Positions 29,373-39,870 are shown, numbered from the stretch's first letter. The stretch is DNA of 64,000 nucleotides from an uncultured Candidatus Saccharibacteria bacterium (GCA_964487135.1 CAZAOU010000002.1:934-64933); one strand, 5' to 3'. Translations and numbers: made by a program. Notes: generated from the letters alone by a model not told the origin.

Positions 29373-29825
29373 ATGCATATGCAAAATGAAATAAAAGAAA
29401 AAATAAAAGATGCTATGCGAGCTAAAGACGAAATTAAGCTTGCGGTATTTAGGAGTATCTCAGCAGCTTTTACAAATGATTTAGTTTCAAAAAACAGAAC
29501 ACCTCAAGATATTCTAACGGATGAAGAATGTATGGATGTTGTTAGACGCTTAGCAAAGCAACGAAAAGATTCTATTGAACAGTTTGAAAAAGGAGGACGG
29601 CCAGAACTTGCTGAAGCAGAAAGAAAAGAACTATCGGTATTAGAAACACTTCTTCCTCAAATGATGGATAAGATGGAGATTAAAAAATTTGCTGAGGCAA
29701 AGAAAACAGAAATGGGAATAACCGACAAGACTAAATCTGGAATTTTGATGGGTGCTTTAATGAAAGACCTAAAAGGAAAAGCTGACGGCTCTGATGTTAA
29801 AGAAGTTGTTGAATCTCTTTTCTAA
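29373..29825 (+). CDS. GatB/YqeY domain protein
   Basis: AMRAKD, KQRKDSIEQF, GKADG. Confidence 0.92.
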   Translation: MHMQNEIKEKIKDAMRAKDEIKLAVFRSISAAFTNDLVSKNRTPQDILTDEECMDVVRRLAKQRKDSIEQFEKGGRPELAEAERKELSVLETLLPQMMDKMEIKKFAEAKKTEMGITDKTKSGILMGALMKDLKGKADGSDVKEVVESLF

Positions 29826-29837
29826 ATCTTATAAATT

Positions 29838-30236
29838 TTATAGTTTTTGGCATCCTGATTCTGTACACCTGACAGCATCTGTAGTATTTCGGGCTGTAAA
29901 TGTAAAAGTGCCCGCCGCCTGATCGGTATCAAAATTAGTATCATCAGATACATCATATGCCCAGCCAGTTGGTAAATTTAACCAATTTGTAGAAGAACCA
30001 TCACACAAAGCTCCTCCACCACCATTTTGAGTAGCTGTAGGTTGGTTTAAGTTTTTACTATCCAAAATACACTGAAATCCAATACTAACCAGAGATCTCA
30101 TTGAAGCCTGAACACTTGCAACACTCGCCTTTCCTCTGGCATTACTAAGAGACGCTAAAACAACAGAAGATAAAATACCAATAATTGCAATTACAACAAG
30201 AAGTTCTATGAGTGTGAATCCGCGTTTCTTTGACAT
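29838..30236 (-). CDS. Type IV pilin-like protein
   Basis: Prepilin cleavage/methylation motif [26 protein letters not shown]. Confidence 0.92.
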   Translation of the reverse strand: MSKKRGFTLIELLVVIAIIGILSSVVLASLSNARGKASVASVQASMRSLVSIGFQCILDSKNLNQPTATQNGGGGALCDGSSTNWLNLPTGWAYDVSDDTNFDTDQAAGTFTFTARNTTDAVRCTESGCQKL

Positions 30237-30328
30237 TCATATATTATATATCATTAATAAAACCAAAACATCATTTTGCCAATAAACCAAAAAACTGTTA
30301 TATTTTTTTTGTTTTTAGTTTATTCCTG

Positions 30329-30363
30329 TATTCTCTATCCACTATAAACTACTAACTATCCAC
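30329..30363 (+). repeat. Tandem heptamer array upstream of tRNA-Glu
   Basis: TATTCTC TATCCAC TATAAAC TACTAAC TATCCAC. Confidence 0.6.
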
Positions 30364-30372
30364 TTCTGCAAC

Positions 30373-30444
30373 GGCCCTATCGTCTAACGGTTAGGACATT
30401 GCCTTCTCAAGGCAGTAATCGGGGTTCGATTCCCCGTGGGGTCA
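30373..30444 (+). tRNA. tRNA-Glu(CTC), CCA not encoded
   Basis: Acceptor GGCCCTA/TGGGGTC, anticodon arm TTGCC-TTCTCAA-GGCAG, T-loop GGTTCGATTCC. Confidence 0.95.
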
Positions 30445-30530
30445 CAAAAAGATACTCGTTCAATCTTTTTCACTAAGAAAGCTTCTACCGTCATATTGAC
30501 TTTTAATGAAAACATGTCAAATTTGTTGCT

Positions 30531-30707
30531 ATGAAAAAACTATTCTTCGTAGGGAGCTACACCTTCGTAGCAGGATGCCTTGCTAACGCATTTGGTTGGT
30601 GGTGGTTAAAGTCTCCCTGCCTTGTCCAACTCGGACATTTACTCATGGGATTGGGAGGTGGATTTTCCATATTGGGAGCATGGAAGAAAATGTCTGGAAA
30701 TGAATAG
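30531..30707 (+). CDS. Small 2-TM membrane peptide (58 aa, MKKLFFVGSYTFVAGCLANAFGWWWLKSP…)
   Basis: Below ORF-track cutoff; hydrophobic and GC-richer; TTGACT upstream. Confidence 0.5.
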   Translation: MKKLFFVGSYTFVAGCLANAFGWWWLKSPCLVQLGHLLMGLGGGFSILGAWKKMSGNE

Positions 30708-30806
30708 TATTTCCCTATGAGTAATTAAAGTGCTCGAAGTCTTCTGACCTAGGGCGCATTTTTTATAATAATTGACAGCAACAATCTAAATGCTAGTCTC
30801 ATAAAC

Positions 30807-31199
30807 ATGAAAACCTACTCCACCCAATTTCGGGTCGAGGAAGCGCACCTTGATAAAGGAAACCACATGAATTGGCTGGCTCAACTTGCAATTGCTCAAG
30901 AACTTCATTTCCAATTCAGAGAAGAATTGGGATTGGGACTCGAGGAACTGCAAACGAAGCACAATTTGTTTTTGGTTATGGGGGTAGTGAAAGATGTCAC
31001 CTATCGTAGACAATTAAGATGTGGCGACATTGTAGATGTCGAAATGACGATGTCTATCTTAAGTCTCACAAGACTAGAGTTTCACTGCACTTTTCGCATC
31101 CATGGACAAACTGCCACGGAAATGAGTTGGGTAATGCCACTCGTATCTGGAGAACGTCCTGCCAAAATTCCTATGTGGATGACAACAATCATCAATTAA
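30807..31199 (+). CDS. Hotdog-fold acyl-CoA thioesterase (4HBT-like)
   Basis: FRVEEAHLDKGNHMN, YRRQLRCGD. Confidence 0.8.
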   Translation: MKTYSTQFRVEEAHLDKGNHMNWLAQLAIAQELHFQFREELGLGLEELQTKHNLFLVMGVVKDVTYRRQLRCGDIVDVEMTMSILSLTRLEFHCTFRIHGQTATEMSWVMPLVSGERPAKIPMWMTTIIN

Positions 31200-31329
31200 C
31201 CCGCCACCATGACAAGCTAGTGAGAAGCTAGTCAGCATTAGCGGGTATTTTTTACAAAAATTTCACTTAACTTAATAAACGGAATTTTTTACTGGATTCT
31301 TATTTTATTATATTTAAACTTAAAACGCC

Positions 31330-32355
31330 CTAATTCCTACGGTTTCTCAATTGTGTTTGATAATCTGCTATTCCCCATGATTCTCCCCTAAGTCTTACAA
31401 GATCAAGCTCATAATCTCTAATTGTTTCTGAGGGAGAACGATCAAAAGTATACCCGTCGCTTAATTTGGGACGATAATCTGGACTCAGCACATGAGCAAC
31501 ATCACGAATTCCACGACTAACCCTTCTAACAAAACCACTGAAAGTTTGTCTTTTTTTAATTTCTTCTATTTCTTGTTCAATGCTTTCAGAAGCTTTTCTT
31601 ATAGCAACAAGCATTTTATCAGTTTCTTCTAAAGAAGGGTGTTGTCTTACCAAATCTTCAAAAGTCTTAAATCGAGCCCATGACTCAATAGATTCTTCTC
31701 TTCGTCTTTCCAAACCTTTAGAATTAAATCCTTTCCCTTCATCAGATTCTGCACCTTTTTTAAAACTGTCAGATTCTACTTGTTTTCCAGTTAACCACCT
31801 CCTAAAATCCGCTACATCTTCATGATCTCTTTCTTTTACTGCTCTAAAAAAATTAGCTAACATGGACAGAGATACATACTCAACAGAAAACTCACCTTTT
31901 TTACGTAACGCTTCATCCTGTTGTTTAAAAGTATCTTCCATCATTTTTTGTACCTCGTCTGCAATAGGGAATCCTTTTTTACTACTATCCCATTTATGCC
32001 AGACATCTTGAGATTCATCTTTACCACCTTCTTCAAAATTTGAACTAGATTCTCTATCAATCATAGTAAGAATCTTTCCTGCATTTTCTGCAATAAGTTC
32101 TTTTCCTTTAGTTTTTCCTGTAATTTCTCTCTTACTATCTGGATGTGTTTTTCTAATTTGGACCGCTTCAAAAAATGAGCTGTCTTCTAAAGCTTTAAAA
32201 TATAACCGCGAAGAAATTCCTCTCTCTTTTTGTCTTTCTTTTGGATCAATATCGGTATCACTACGTTCAATGGTTGTTTCAGGTACGATCGGGCTATCCT
32301 CTAATTTTTCAGCATCATCCGGTCCTGATACTACTGCTGGTTCTTCAAATGACAT
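31330..32355 (-). CDS. Hypothetical charged helical protein
   Basis: 341-aa ORF, no recognisable motif. Confidence 0.65.
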   Translation of the reverse strand: MSFEEPAVVSGPDDAEKLEDSPIVPETTIERSDTDIDPKERQKERGISSRLYFKALEDSSFFEAVQIRKTHPDSKREITGKTKGKELIAENAGKILTMIDRESSSNFEEGGKDESQDVWHKWDSSKKGFPIADEVQKMMEDTFKQQDEALRKKGEFSVEYVSLSMLANFFRAVKERDHEDVADFRRWLTGKQVESDSFKKGAESDEGKGFNSKGLERRREESIESWARFKTFEDLVRQHPSLEETDKMLVAIRKASESIEQEIEEIKKRQTFSGFVRRVSRGIRDVAHVLSPDYRPKLSDGYTFDRSPSETIRDYELDLVRLRGESWGIADYQTQLRNRRN

Positions 32356-32441
32356 AAATTTATGTTTATAAACTTTAATAAGTGTTTTAATTATACGCCT
32401 TGGTTTTCACAATTCAAATATAAATCTGATACAATAATGTA

Positions 32442-32747
32442 ATGGCTATGCGCCTAAACCCCTATATAAATGCAGTTGCGGCGTCATCATACATTTGTAT
32501 GATTGGGGCATTTTTCAGATTTATGAATTTAACCCAGTCTGATAAGCCAGACACCATAATGGCTCCAATGATTGCTCTTTCGCTTCTTGTATTCTCTGTA
32601 GCACTTATGGCTTTTCTGTTTTTTTACTATCCCCTAATACTTCTTTTAGAAAACAAGCGAGATCAAGCTGTATCATTTTTCTTAAAAACTTTGGGAACAT
32701 TTTTTATTTTTGTTCTTGTATTACTAGCATCAATTAGTATTCAGTAA
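32442..32747 (+). CDS. Small 3-TM membrane protein
   Basis: Hydrophobic ORF abutting glutaredoxin. Confidence 0.7.
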   Translation: MAMRLNPYINAVAASSYICMIGAFFRFMNLTQSDKPDTIMAPMIALSLLVFSVALMAFLFFYYPLILLLENKRDQAVSFFLKTLGTFFIFVLVLLASISIQ

Positions 32748-32996
32748 ATGAACATCATTATTTACACAAAAACTGGTTGCCCATGGTGCAACGACGCCTT
32801 AGCAATGTTAAAAGAAAAAAATATCCCTTTTGAGGAACGCGAGGTTAGAAATAATGAAAAACACTACGAAGAATTGGTTGAAAAATCTGGGCAAGACAAA
32901 ACACCAACACTTGATATAGATGGGTTTATTTTGGCAGATTCTGACAAAGATCAAATCGCCCAATATTTAAAAGAAAAAGGATTTAAGGGGTTTTAA
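32748..32996 (+). CDS. Glutaredoxin/NrdH-like protein
   Basis: CPWC, TP cis-proline motif. Confidence 0.9.
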   Translation: MNIIIYTKTGCPWCNDALAMLKEKNIPFEEREVRNNEKHYEELVEKSGQDKTPTLDIDGFILADSDKDQIAQYLKEKGFKGF

Positions 32997-34285
32997 GGTC
33001 TTTTTAGCCATTCTATCTCCTGGCGCACCAGAAGCTCGGATTTCTTTTCTGGCTCAGCCATCAAAGCTTCAACAACACGCTCCATTCTCATGCTTTGAGA
33101 ACCTTTTACATATACGACATCACCTTTCTTTATAATATCAATAAGTTTTTTTCCGGCATCAATAGAATTTTCAAAAAATAAAACGTTTTCCCTATCTGCC
33201 CCAACCTCAAGAGCTCCGTGAGCAAACTCTTTTGAGCGAATTCCAACACTAGCAACAATATCTGAAACTTTTCCAGCAATCTCACCCAATCTTCTGTGCT
33301 CAGAAGAAGAATGTTTACCTAATTCAAGCATATCACCAACAACAACAATTTTTCTTCCTAAAATTTTTAATGACTCAACCAGTTTCAAACCCTCTTCAAC
33401 AGCTGTTGGTGAAGCGTTGTATGTATCGTCAATAATTGTTGAATTATTTATACCTTTTATTATATGCATCCTACCTTTTGGACTTTCATGCAAAGAAAAT
33501 GCTTCAGAGACTTCTAAAAGATTAACCCCTTTTGCATGAGCAACAGCAAAAGCAGCCAAAACAGGATAAATATGTTGGACACCAAGACAATCTTTTAAAA
33601 CTATAGGAAAACTATTCCCCCCCAAATCAACACGAGCTGTCATTCCTGAAGGATTTTCTTCTTTGTCGTAAGCAACAGAAATATAAGATCCGTATAAATC
33701 TGCATGTTCTTTTATACCGAATGTAATAATTTTTGCAGAAGTTAAAGCTTTCATCTCTACAACATCAGGATCATCTGCATTTAGAATAACCACTCCGTCT
33801 GATTTTGTTCCTTTTACTAATTCACTCTTTTCTTTTGCAACCTGAGCTGGAGATTTATAAAACTCAACATGAACAGGCACCTTACCTACTCGAGTAACAA
33901 TAGAAATATCTGGTTTTATCCAAGAAACTGCGCTCTTAATTTCTCCCGGTCTATCAGCCCCAATTTCAAGAACAAGCAGTGTTGGATAAGAACGTCCAAG
34001 AGCAACAAATGCACCTCGAATAATATTTAGTATCCATTGTTTAGTATCGTTCCAAGGATTTTCAAGTCCCAAAATTGTAAGAGGAATTCCGATCTCACTA
34101 TTAAAACTTTTTGCACTTTTTCTAACATGAAAAAAAGGAGTAAGAGCAGTATAAACAGCATCTTTGGTAGATGTTTTGCCAACACTTCCAGTAATAGCAA
34201 CCACAAAAGGTTTATGCCGTTTTAAAGCAATTTTAGATTCTAATGTAAGAATATAGACAACAATTTTTTTTATAGTATTTTTCAT
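32993..34285 (-). CDS. murF: UDP-MurNAc-tripeptide--D-Ala-D-Ala ligase
   Basis: AITGSVGKTSTK, FNSEIGIPLT, DDTYNASP, GDMLELG, KGSQ. Confidence 0.93.
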   Translation of the reverse strand: MKNTIKKIVVYILTLESKIALKRHKPFVVAITGSVGKTSTKDAVYTALTPFFHVRKSAKSFNSEIGIPLTILGLENPWNDTKQWILNIIRGAFVALGRSYPTLLVLEIGADRPGEIKSAVSWIKPDISIVTRVGKVPVHVEFYKSPAQVAKEKSELVKGTKSDGVVILNADDPDVVEMKALTSAKIITFGIKEHADLYGSYISVAYDKEENPSGMTARVDLGGNSFPIVLKDCLGVQHIYPVLAAFAVAHAKGVNLLEVSEAFSLHESPKGRMHIIKGINNSTIIDDTYNASPTAVEEGLKLVESLKILGRKIVVVGDMLELGKHSSSEHRRLGEIAGKVSDIVASVGIRSKEFAHGALEVGADRENVLFFENSIDAGKKLIDIIKKGDVVYVKGSQSMRMERVVEALMAEPEKKSELLVRQEIEWLKRP

Positions 34286-34289
34286 GTTT

Positions 34290-35993
34290 TTATCTGTCTG
34301 GTGGAATATTGTAATAATTGATTAAAAATTTAGACAATGAAAGAAACGGCTCCGCAAGAGTCTCTGCCGCAAACTGCACTCCTTTCGGGTAGACAGTATA
34401 CATTAGAACCAAAAATTGAGGGTTATAGGCCGGAAAATAGCCCACAAACGAGTGTAAAACCCTATCAGAGTAATATCCCCCTTCTGGACTTGCTATCTGC
34501 GCAGTGCCCGTTTTGGCTGCTACAGAATAATGAGGGTTTTTACCTTTTCCATTCAAAAGAGAGGTATCAACAACTTTTACAAGCATACGCGTTATTTCGT
34601 CTGCTGATTCTTTTTTGATAGCTTGTTTGCCTACATAACCTTCTAAGGGATCAAAAGAAATACCATCAGAATATTCTATTTTTTTTACAACATGAGGTTT
34701 TACCAAAACACCCCCATTTGCAAGAGCCGACATAGCCCTAACTGTTGAAACCGGAGTTAGAGCAATTCCCTGACCAAACGAAGCAGTTATATATTCAATG
34801 GTTCTTGGACTCTTTAAATTTCCAACGATATTTTGGGCTTCATTTGGCAAATCAATTCCAGTTTTTTCTCCAAGACCATAGCTCATCATATATTCACCAA
34901 ATTTTTTAGTTCCAAGTTTAGTAACAACATAAGAAACACCTGTATTTAAAGAATGATTCAAAACTTCCTGCATTGATATTTGTCCTCTACCTTTTTTGTC
35001 ATAATTGTAAATTGTTTCAGTATCCACAGAAAAACTTCCCTTATCAAAATATGTTGACGAAGGAGTTACAACACCCGCATCAATACCTGCAGCCATCGTA
35101 AGTGGTTTAATAATTGAACCCATCTCTTTTACCTCCTCAACTAGTGGGTTAGAAAAAACCAACGCTGATTTTTCTTTTGAAAAATTATTTGGGTCAAAAT
35201 TTGGAAAACTAGCCATTGCATAAATCTCGCCATTTTTTGGATTAATTATTATTCCCGATGTTTCCGCAGAAGACCATCCGGTATGAACTTTTTTTAGAGT
35301 CTCTTCCAAAGAAGTTTGCACTGTTGGTTCTATTGTTGAAAGCAAATCACCCTCTCGTTCTCCCCCATTAAGACCGGACTTTATATTCGAAAATATCTCA
35401 ACAAAAAAATTTGCATATAAATCCTTTTCTTTTCGAGAAAGTGTTTTGTCATAAAATTTTTCAAGTCCATATCTTCCAGCCAGTTCATCACCTTTATAAG
35501 CAACAATACCCAAAACATGAGAAGCATTTTCACCGCCCGGATAGACTCTCCAACGCTCTTTTACCAAACGAACTGAAGGAATTTTTAAGGCGGAAATTTT
35601 TAATGCAGTTTGTTCGTCAATTTTTTTTGCAATTTCTTCGTATGGATCGTTTTCTTTTTTTGCTTTTTCAATAAAAGAATCTTTATCAAGTGAAATAAAT
35701 TTACTTAGGGTTTCAAAAAGTTCTTCGGGATTACTAATTGCTTTTGGAATAATTGCTATAGTAAATCCCGTCTTTACACCGGCAGCAGAAATACGAGAAC
35801 CGTCTTTGTGTTCAAAATAAATGTTTCCTCTATTAAAAATTCCGCCTGATGATTTTGAATATTGTCTATCAGCCAAACCAACAAATTGATCATGCCTTAA
35901 AATCTGTAAAAAATATAATTTGGCAATAAAAACAAAGCCAACTGCCACTACGCATAAAGATAATATGCGTATTGATAAAGTTGACCTCTTCAT
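34290..35993 (-). CDS. ftsI: Class B PBP, FtsI/PBP3
   Basis: GSIIK (SxxK), SLN, KTGTAQ; in mraZ-rsmH cluster. Confidence 0.88.
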   Translation of the reverse strand: MKRSTLSIRILSLCVVAVGFVFIAKLYFLQILRHDQFVGLADRQYSKSSGGIFNRGNIYFEHKDGSRISAAGVKTGFTIAIIPKAISNPEELFETLSKFISLDKDSFIEKAKKENDPYEEIAKKIDEQTALKISALKIPSVRLVKERWRVYPGGENASHVLGIVAYKGDELAGRYGLEKFYDKTLSRKEKDLYANFFVEIFSNIKSGLNGGEREGDLLSTIEPTVQTSLEETLKKVHTGWSSAETSGIIINPKNGEIYAMASFPNFDPNNFSKEKSALVFSNPLVEEVKEMGSIIKPLTMAAGIDAGVVTPSSTYFDKGSFSVDTETIYNYDKKGRGQISMQEVLNHSLNTGVSYVVTKLGTKKFGEYMMSYGLGEKTGIDLPNEAQNIVGNLKSPRTIEYITASFGQGIALTPVSTVRAMSALANGGVLVKPHVVKKIEYSDGISFDPLEGYVGKQAIKKESADEITRMLVKVVDTSLLNGKGKNPHYSVAAKTGTAQIASPEGGYYSDRVLHSFVGYFPAYNPQFLVLMYTVYPKGVQFAAETLAEPFLSLSKFLINYYNIPPDR

Positions 35994-36295
35994 TATCTCC
36001 TAAATGAAACCTCACTATTTGAGGCCTTAGCTATTATTGTGTCTTTTGCTTCAACAAACCCTCTATCAACAGCCATTTGCTCGTTTATTGAAGATTTTAA
36101 TGATAAATATGAAAATTCTAGTTCGCTTAAAGTGGTAGACAATTCTGCGCTTCTTTTTTCAGCATTTTGGCGTGCCAAAGTATTATTTACTGTTATTCCA
36201 ACAAAATACATATAAAGAAAAACCATTACCACACAGGCGCTACTTATTGACCAAAAAGATCTTTGATATTTATAAAGTGATGGAACTGTTGTCAT
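35993..36295 (-). CDS. FtsL-like cell division protein
   Basis: TM plus coiled coil between rsmH and ftsI. Confidence 0.65.
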   Translation of the reverse strand: MTTVPSLYKYQRSFWSISSACVVMVFLYMYFVGITVNNTLARQNAEKRSAELSTTLSELEFSYLSLKSSINEQMAVDRGFVEAKDTIIAKASNSEVSFRR

Positions 36296-37182
36296 ATTTT
36301 TTCAATGATACGAAGTTTGGAACTTCGTGAACGAGGATTTTCTTTTTGTTCCTCGCGTGAAGGAGTAATTGGTTTTTTGACTACAAGTTTTGCTTTTTTT
36401 GTTACTGACAGATTTTTAAAGAATTGCTTTACCTCTCTATCAGAAACACTCTCAAAACTTATTACCGCTATTCGTCCTCCACTAGAGAGTCTTTCAAAAG
36501 TTGCTGAAAGGCCCTCTATAAGAGACTGAATCTCATCGTTAACCACGACCCTAATTGCTTGAAACGTTTTTGTTGCTGGATGAATTTTTCTTCTTCGATA
36601 CCAAACCGGCACAGCGTTCCAAATTATTTCGCGAAGCTCTTCTGATGTTTGAATCGGTTTTATTTCTCTGGCCTCACATATAGCTTTGGCAATTCTTTTT
36701 GAAAAAGATTCTTCACCGTACGCCTTAATGATTATGTCTAGATTTTCTAGAGAAAATGAATTCACGACATCTTTTGCCGTTAAATCTTCTTTTGTAGGAT
36801 TAGATTTAAAGGTCATCAAAAGAGGTTCGTTCTTTTGAAAACTAAATCCTCTGCCTGAATCTTCAAGCTGATCGGAACTTAATCCCAAATCAAACATTGC
36901 GCCGTTTATTTTTAAAATACCAAGATCATCAAGATATTTTTTTATATTCTTGAAATTTGACTCGATACCAAAAACTTTTGCTCCAGTTTTTTTTACCGCA
37001 TCAACACCTTTTTGTAAGGCAACTCCATCAGCATCAAAACCTACAATGGTGCAATTACCTTTAAGTAATTTTGATAAAAAAACCGAATGTCCCCCGCTAT
37101 TTAATGTGCCATCCAAATAGATGCCGTTATTTTGCGGAAGAAGCGCGTTCACTGTTTCTTGTAAAAGAACTGTCTTGTGCAT
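36292..37182 (-). CDS. rsmH: 16S rRNA m4C1402 methyltransferase
   Basis: HKTVLLQE, DLGLSSDQL, HPATKTFQAIR, NPRSRS. Confidence 0.96.
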   Translation of the reverse strand: MHKTVLLQETVNALLPQNNGIYLDGTLNSGGHSVFLSKLLKGNCTIVGFDADGVALQKGVDAVKKTGAKVFGIESNFKNIKKYLDDLGILKINGAMFDLGLSSDQLEDSGRGFSFQKNEPLLMTFKSNPTKEDLTAKDVVNSFSLENLDIIIKAYGEESFSKRIAKAICEAREIKPIQTSEELREIIWNAVPVWYRRRKIHPATKTFQAIRVVVNDEIQSLIEGLSATFERLSSGGRIAVISFESVSDREVKQFFKNLSVTKKAKLVVKKPITPSREEQKENPRSRSSKLRIIEKI

Positions 37183-37185
37183 ATT

Positions 37186-37620
37186 TTAGAAAGCGCCAGT
37201 TGAAGAAAGTTTCTCAGCTAGACTGTCTGCCTGACTAACAACTTTTCTCTTATATGCCTCCCATCGTTTTTCATTCCACATTTCAATGCGCTTGTGCACA
37301 CCAATAAAAACGACTTTGCCTTTAATATCAGAAAAGTTTCTTAGGTGTTCTGGCATCAGTATTCGTCCAAGATTATCTATCTCTACTTCTACTGCGCCTC
37401 CAAACATAAACCTATTAAACTCTCTGGTATCAGCTTTCATCATTCCGAGCTTTGCTATTTCTTCTGAGATTTTTTCCCACTCCTTTAAAGGATAAAGAAA
37501 TAAGCACTGCTCTAACCCATAAGTGGCAACAATTTTTTTACCCATCTCCTTGCGAAACTTAGACGGCAAAGAAATGCGGTTTTTGTCGTCTATTGAATGT
37601 GTGTATTCGCCGATAAGCAT
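37186..37620 (-). CDS. mraZ: Division/cell wall cluster repressor MraZ
   Basis: GEYTHSIDDKNRISLP, DNLGRILMP. Confidence 0.96.
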   Translation of the reverse strand: MLIGEYTHSIDDKNRISLPSKFRKEMGKKIVATYGLEQCLFLYPLKEWEKISEEIAKLGMMKADTREFNRFMFGGAVEVEIDNLGRILMPEHLRNFSDIKGKVVFIGVHKRIEMWNEKRWEAYKRKVVSQADSLAEKLSSTGAF

Positions 37621-37660
37621 TATTTTTTAAACTCAGAAAGCGTGGTCGCTCGCTTTCTAA

Positions 37661-37700
37661 ATTCCACTTTATACCACTTGCTTACCATTTTATACCACTC
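37661..37700 (-). promoter_or_regulatory. MraZ-binding repeats
   Basis: Four GTGG/ATGG cores (CCAC/CCAT on + at 37664, 37674, 37685, 37695) at 10-11 nt spacing upstream of mraZ. Confidence 0.8.
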
Positions 37701-37729
37701 TGTTACATATGCAATCCAAAGTTTTCCAC

Positions 37730-37767
37730 AAAATAAAAACCGCAATTATCATTGCGGTTTTTATTTT
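37730..37767 (-). terminator. Terminator after lysS
   Basis: AAAACCGCAAT-TATC-ATTGCGGTTTT. Confidence 0.7.
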
Positions 37768-37783
37768 GAATTTATACTTATTT

Positions 37784-39244
37784 TTAGGATTTTAGTCTCA
37801 TTAAAGGAAATATTTGAGCTTCTCTAATGGATTTTTCTGAAAGCAATGAAAACAACCTTTCACTAACCCCAAACCCAAATGCTGGCGGCATTCCATGCTC
37901 AAGTGCTTCAATAAAACTATCGTCCTTCATATGTGCCTCATCATCACCCCCATCACGCAAAGATTCTTGATAAGAAAATCTGTCCGCTTGATCTATTGGA
38001 TCATTAAGTTCACTAAAGCCCTTACCCATTTCAGAACCTCCTAAAATTATTTGGAAACGTTCAACCACTCGTGAATCTTTTTCTGATTTTTTTGCTAGAG
38101 GTTCCATATATACCGGCACATTTATTAAAAATCCTGGACCAATGATTTTTTTACGACAAACTTTCCAAAGCAAATCCGTTCCTCTTTCTTTGTTTATATT
38201 TTTTGAATCAAATTCAATTTTATTTTCTTTTAGAGTTTCTATAATCTGTTTTTCTGATGACTCCAAAACATCAATATTAAATTCCTTTTTTACTATATCA
38301 ACATAATTATAAACCACCCAATCAGAAGCTAAATCAACATCCTGACCATTTATATTAAAAACAGTTTTGCCAAATGTTTCTTTAGCAACATACACATAGA
38401 GATCACGGACCATATCCATTCCTTTTTTATAATCGCTGTATGCTTCGTAAAATTCTATTTGAGTATAATCCTGTGCGTGTTCGTGCGAAATTCCTTCATT
38501 TCTAAAAATTCTTCCTATTTCAAAAACTTTAGGAAAGCCTGCAACAAGAAGTTTCTTCTGCCAAAGTTCTCCGCAAGAAATTCGAAGATATACATCAATG
38601 TCTAATGCATTGTGGTGAGTAATAAAAGGTCTAGCATCCGCTCCTCCAGTCGTAGTTTCAAGAACCGGAGTTTCAACCTCTATATAGTCTCTTTTTAACA
38701 AGAAATTTCTAAATGCGTTCCAAAACTTAGACCTTCTTTGGATACTTTCTCTTACAGATTCATTTAAAATAATATCTATATATCTTTTTCTAAATATTTC
38801 ATCTTCATCTTTAAGTCCATACCAAGAATCTGGCAAAGGCAGAAGAGATTTTGAAAGAATTTTCCAATCCGAGACTTTTATTGTCTGCTGTCCTGATTTT
38901 GTAACAAAAACAGAACCATTTACTTCAACAAAATCCGCAGTATCAATCACTTCTCTCCAAAAATCAAAAGATGATTCGTCCATTTCGTCTTTTTTAAGGA
39001 GTCCTTGCATCCGAGCGGTGCCATCAAAAAAATCAAAAAAGATGAGCCCACCTTGACCTCTCTGCGACAACACCCTACCAACCAGGGTGATTTTTTCTTC
39101 TGATTTAGATAAAGAATCAAAATCTTTTAAAGCTTCAGATATATAATGAGTTTTTGCAGTTAAATTAGGGTAAGGATTAATACCTTTATCCTTAATTTTC
39201 TGTAGTTTTTCTAATCTAACATTTCTTATTTCTTCAAGTGACAT
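37784..39244 (-). CDS. lysS: Lysine--tRNA ligase (class II)
   Basis: GGADARPFITHHN, GRIFRNEG, ELNDP, GMPPAFGFG. Confidence 0.97.
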   Translation of the reverse strand: MSLEEIRNVRLEKLQKIKDKGINPYPNLTAKTHYISEALKDFDSLSKSEEKITLVGRVLSQRGQGGLIFFDFFDGTARMQGLLKKDEMDESSFDFWREVIDTADFVEVNGSVFVTKSGQQTIKVSDWKILSKSLLPLPDSWYGLKDEDEIFRKRYIDIILNESVRESIQRRSKFWNAFRNFLLKRDYIEVETPVLETTTGGADARPFITHHNALDIDVYLRISCGELWQKKLLVAGFPKVFEIGRIFRNEGISHEHAQDYTQIEFYEAYSDYKKGMDMVRDLYVYVAKETFGKTVFNINGQDVDLASDWVVYNYVDIVKKEFNIDVLESSEKQIIETLKENKIEFDSKNINKERGTDLLWKVCRKKIIGPGFLINVPVYMEPLAKKSEKDSRVVERFQIILGGSEMGKGFSELNDPIDQADRFSYQESLRDGGDDEAHMKDDSFIEALEHGMPPAFGFGVSERLFSLLSEKSIREAQIFPLMRLKS

Positions 39245-39282
39245 GTGACAATGATACTAAAATTATCAGAAAAAACAAAAAA

Positions 39283-39310
39283 GCCCCGCCAGCTATGCAG
39301 CTGGCGGGGC
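39283..39310 (-). terminator. Intrinsic terminator after greA
   Basis: GCCCCGCCAGCT-ATGC-AGCTGGCGGGGC with T-run on minus strand. Confidence 0.85.
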
Positions 39311-39321
39311 AAAAATAAATT

Positions 39322-39789
39322 TTATTTAACTTCAGTAATTTTATAACCAACCTTACCTGCCGGAGTTTTAAGTTCTACCCTCTCTCCCTTAGATTTACCT
39401 ATAAGGGCAATCCCCACTGGAGACTCATTAGAAATTTTACCCGTTGCAATGTCTGCCTCCTCACTTCCTACAATCTGATATGTTTTTTTTGTTTTGTCTG
39501 ACTCTTTTTCAATAGTCACCACAGCACCAATACCAACAACACCCCCATGATGTTCTGGAAGAAATTCTACATTGGACAAAATCTGTTCTAATTTATTTAT
39601 TCTTTCCTCAACTTCTGCTTGTTTTTCTCTAGCTTCTTGATACTCAGCATTTTCAGAAAGATCACCCATACTTTTTGCATATTCAAGATTGTCAGCAATT
39701 TCTCTTCGCTTTATTTTTTTCAAATAATCTAACTCTGCAGTTAATTCTTTGTGTTTTTCTTTTGTAAGATATTCTTTTGTTTCAGCCAT
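39322..39789 (-). CDS. greA: Transcription elongation factor GreA
   Basis: GDLSENAEY, ISNESPVGIALIG. Confidence 0.97.
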   Translation of the reverse strand: MAETKEYLTKEKHKELTAELDYLKKIKRREIADNLEYAKSMGDLSENAEYQEAREKQAEVEERINKLEQILSNVEFLPEHHGGVVGIGAVVTIEKESDKTKKTYQIVGSEEADIATGKISNESPVGIALIGKSKGERVELKTPAGKVGYKITEVK

Positions 39790-39870
39790 TATATTTATGG
39801 AAAGGCTTAAAAATGCGTCTCGAAACGCGCCCAAATTGTATAAATATGGAAGCAATAAGTCAATGAGACT

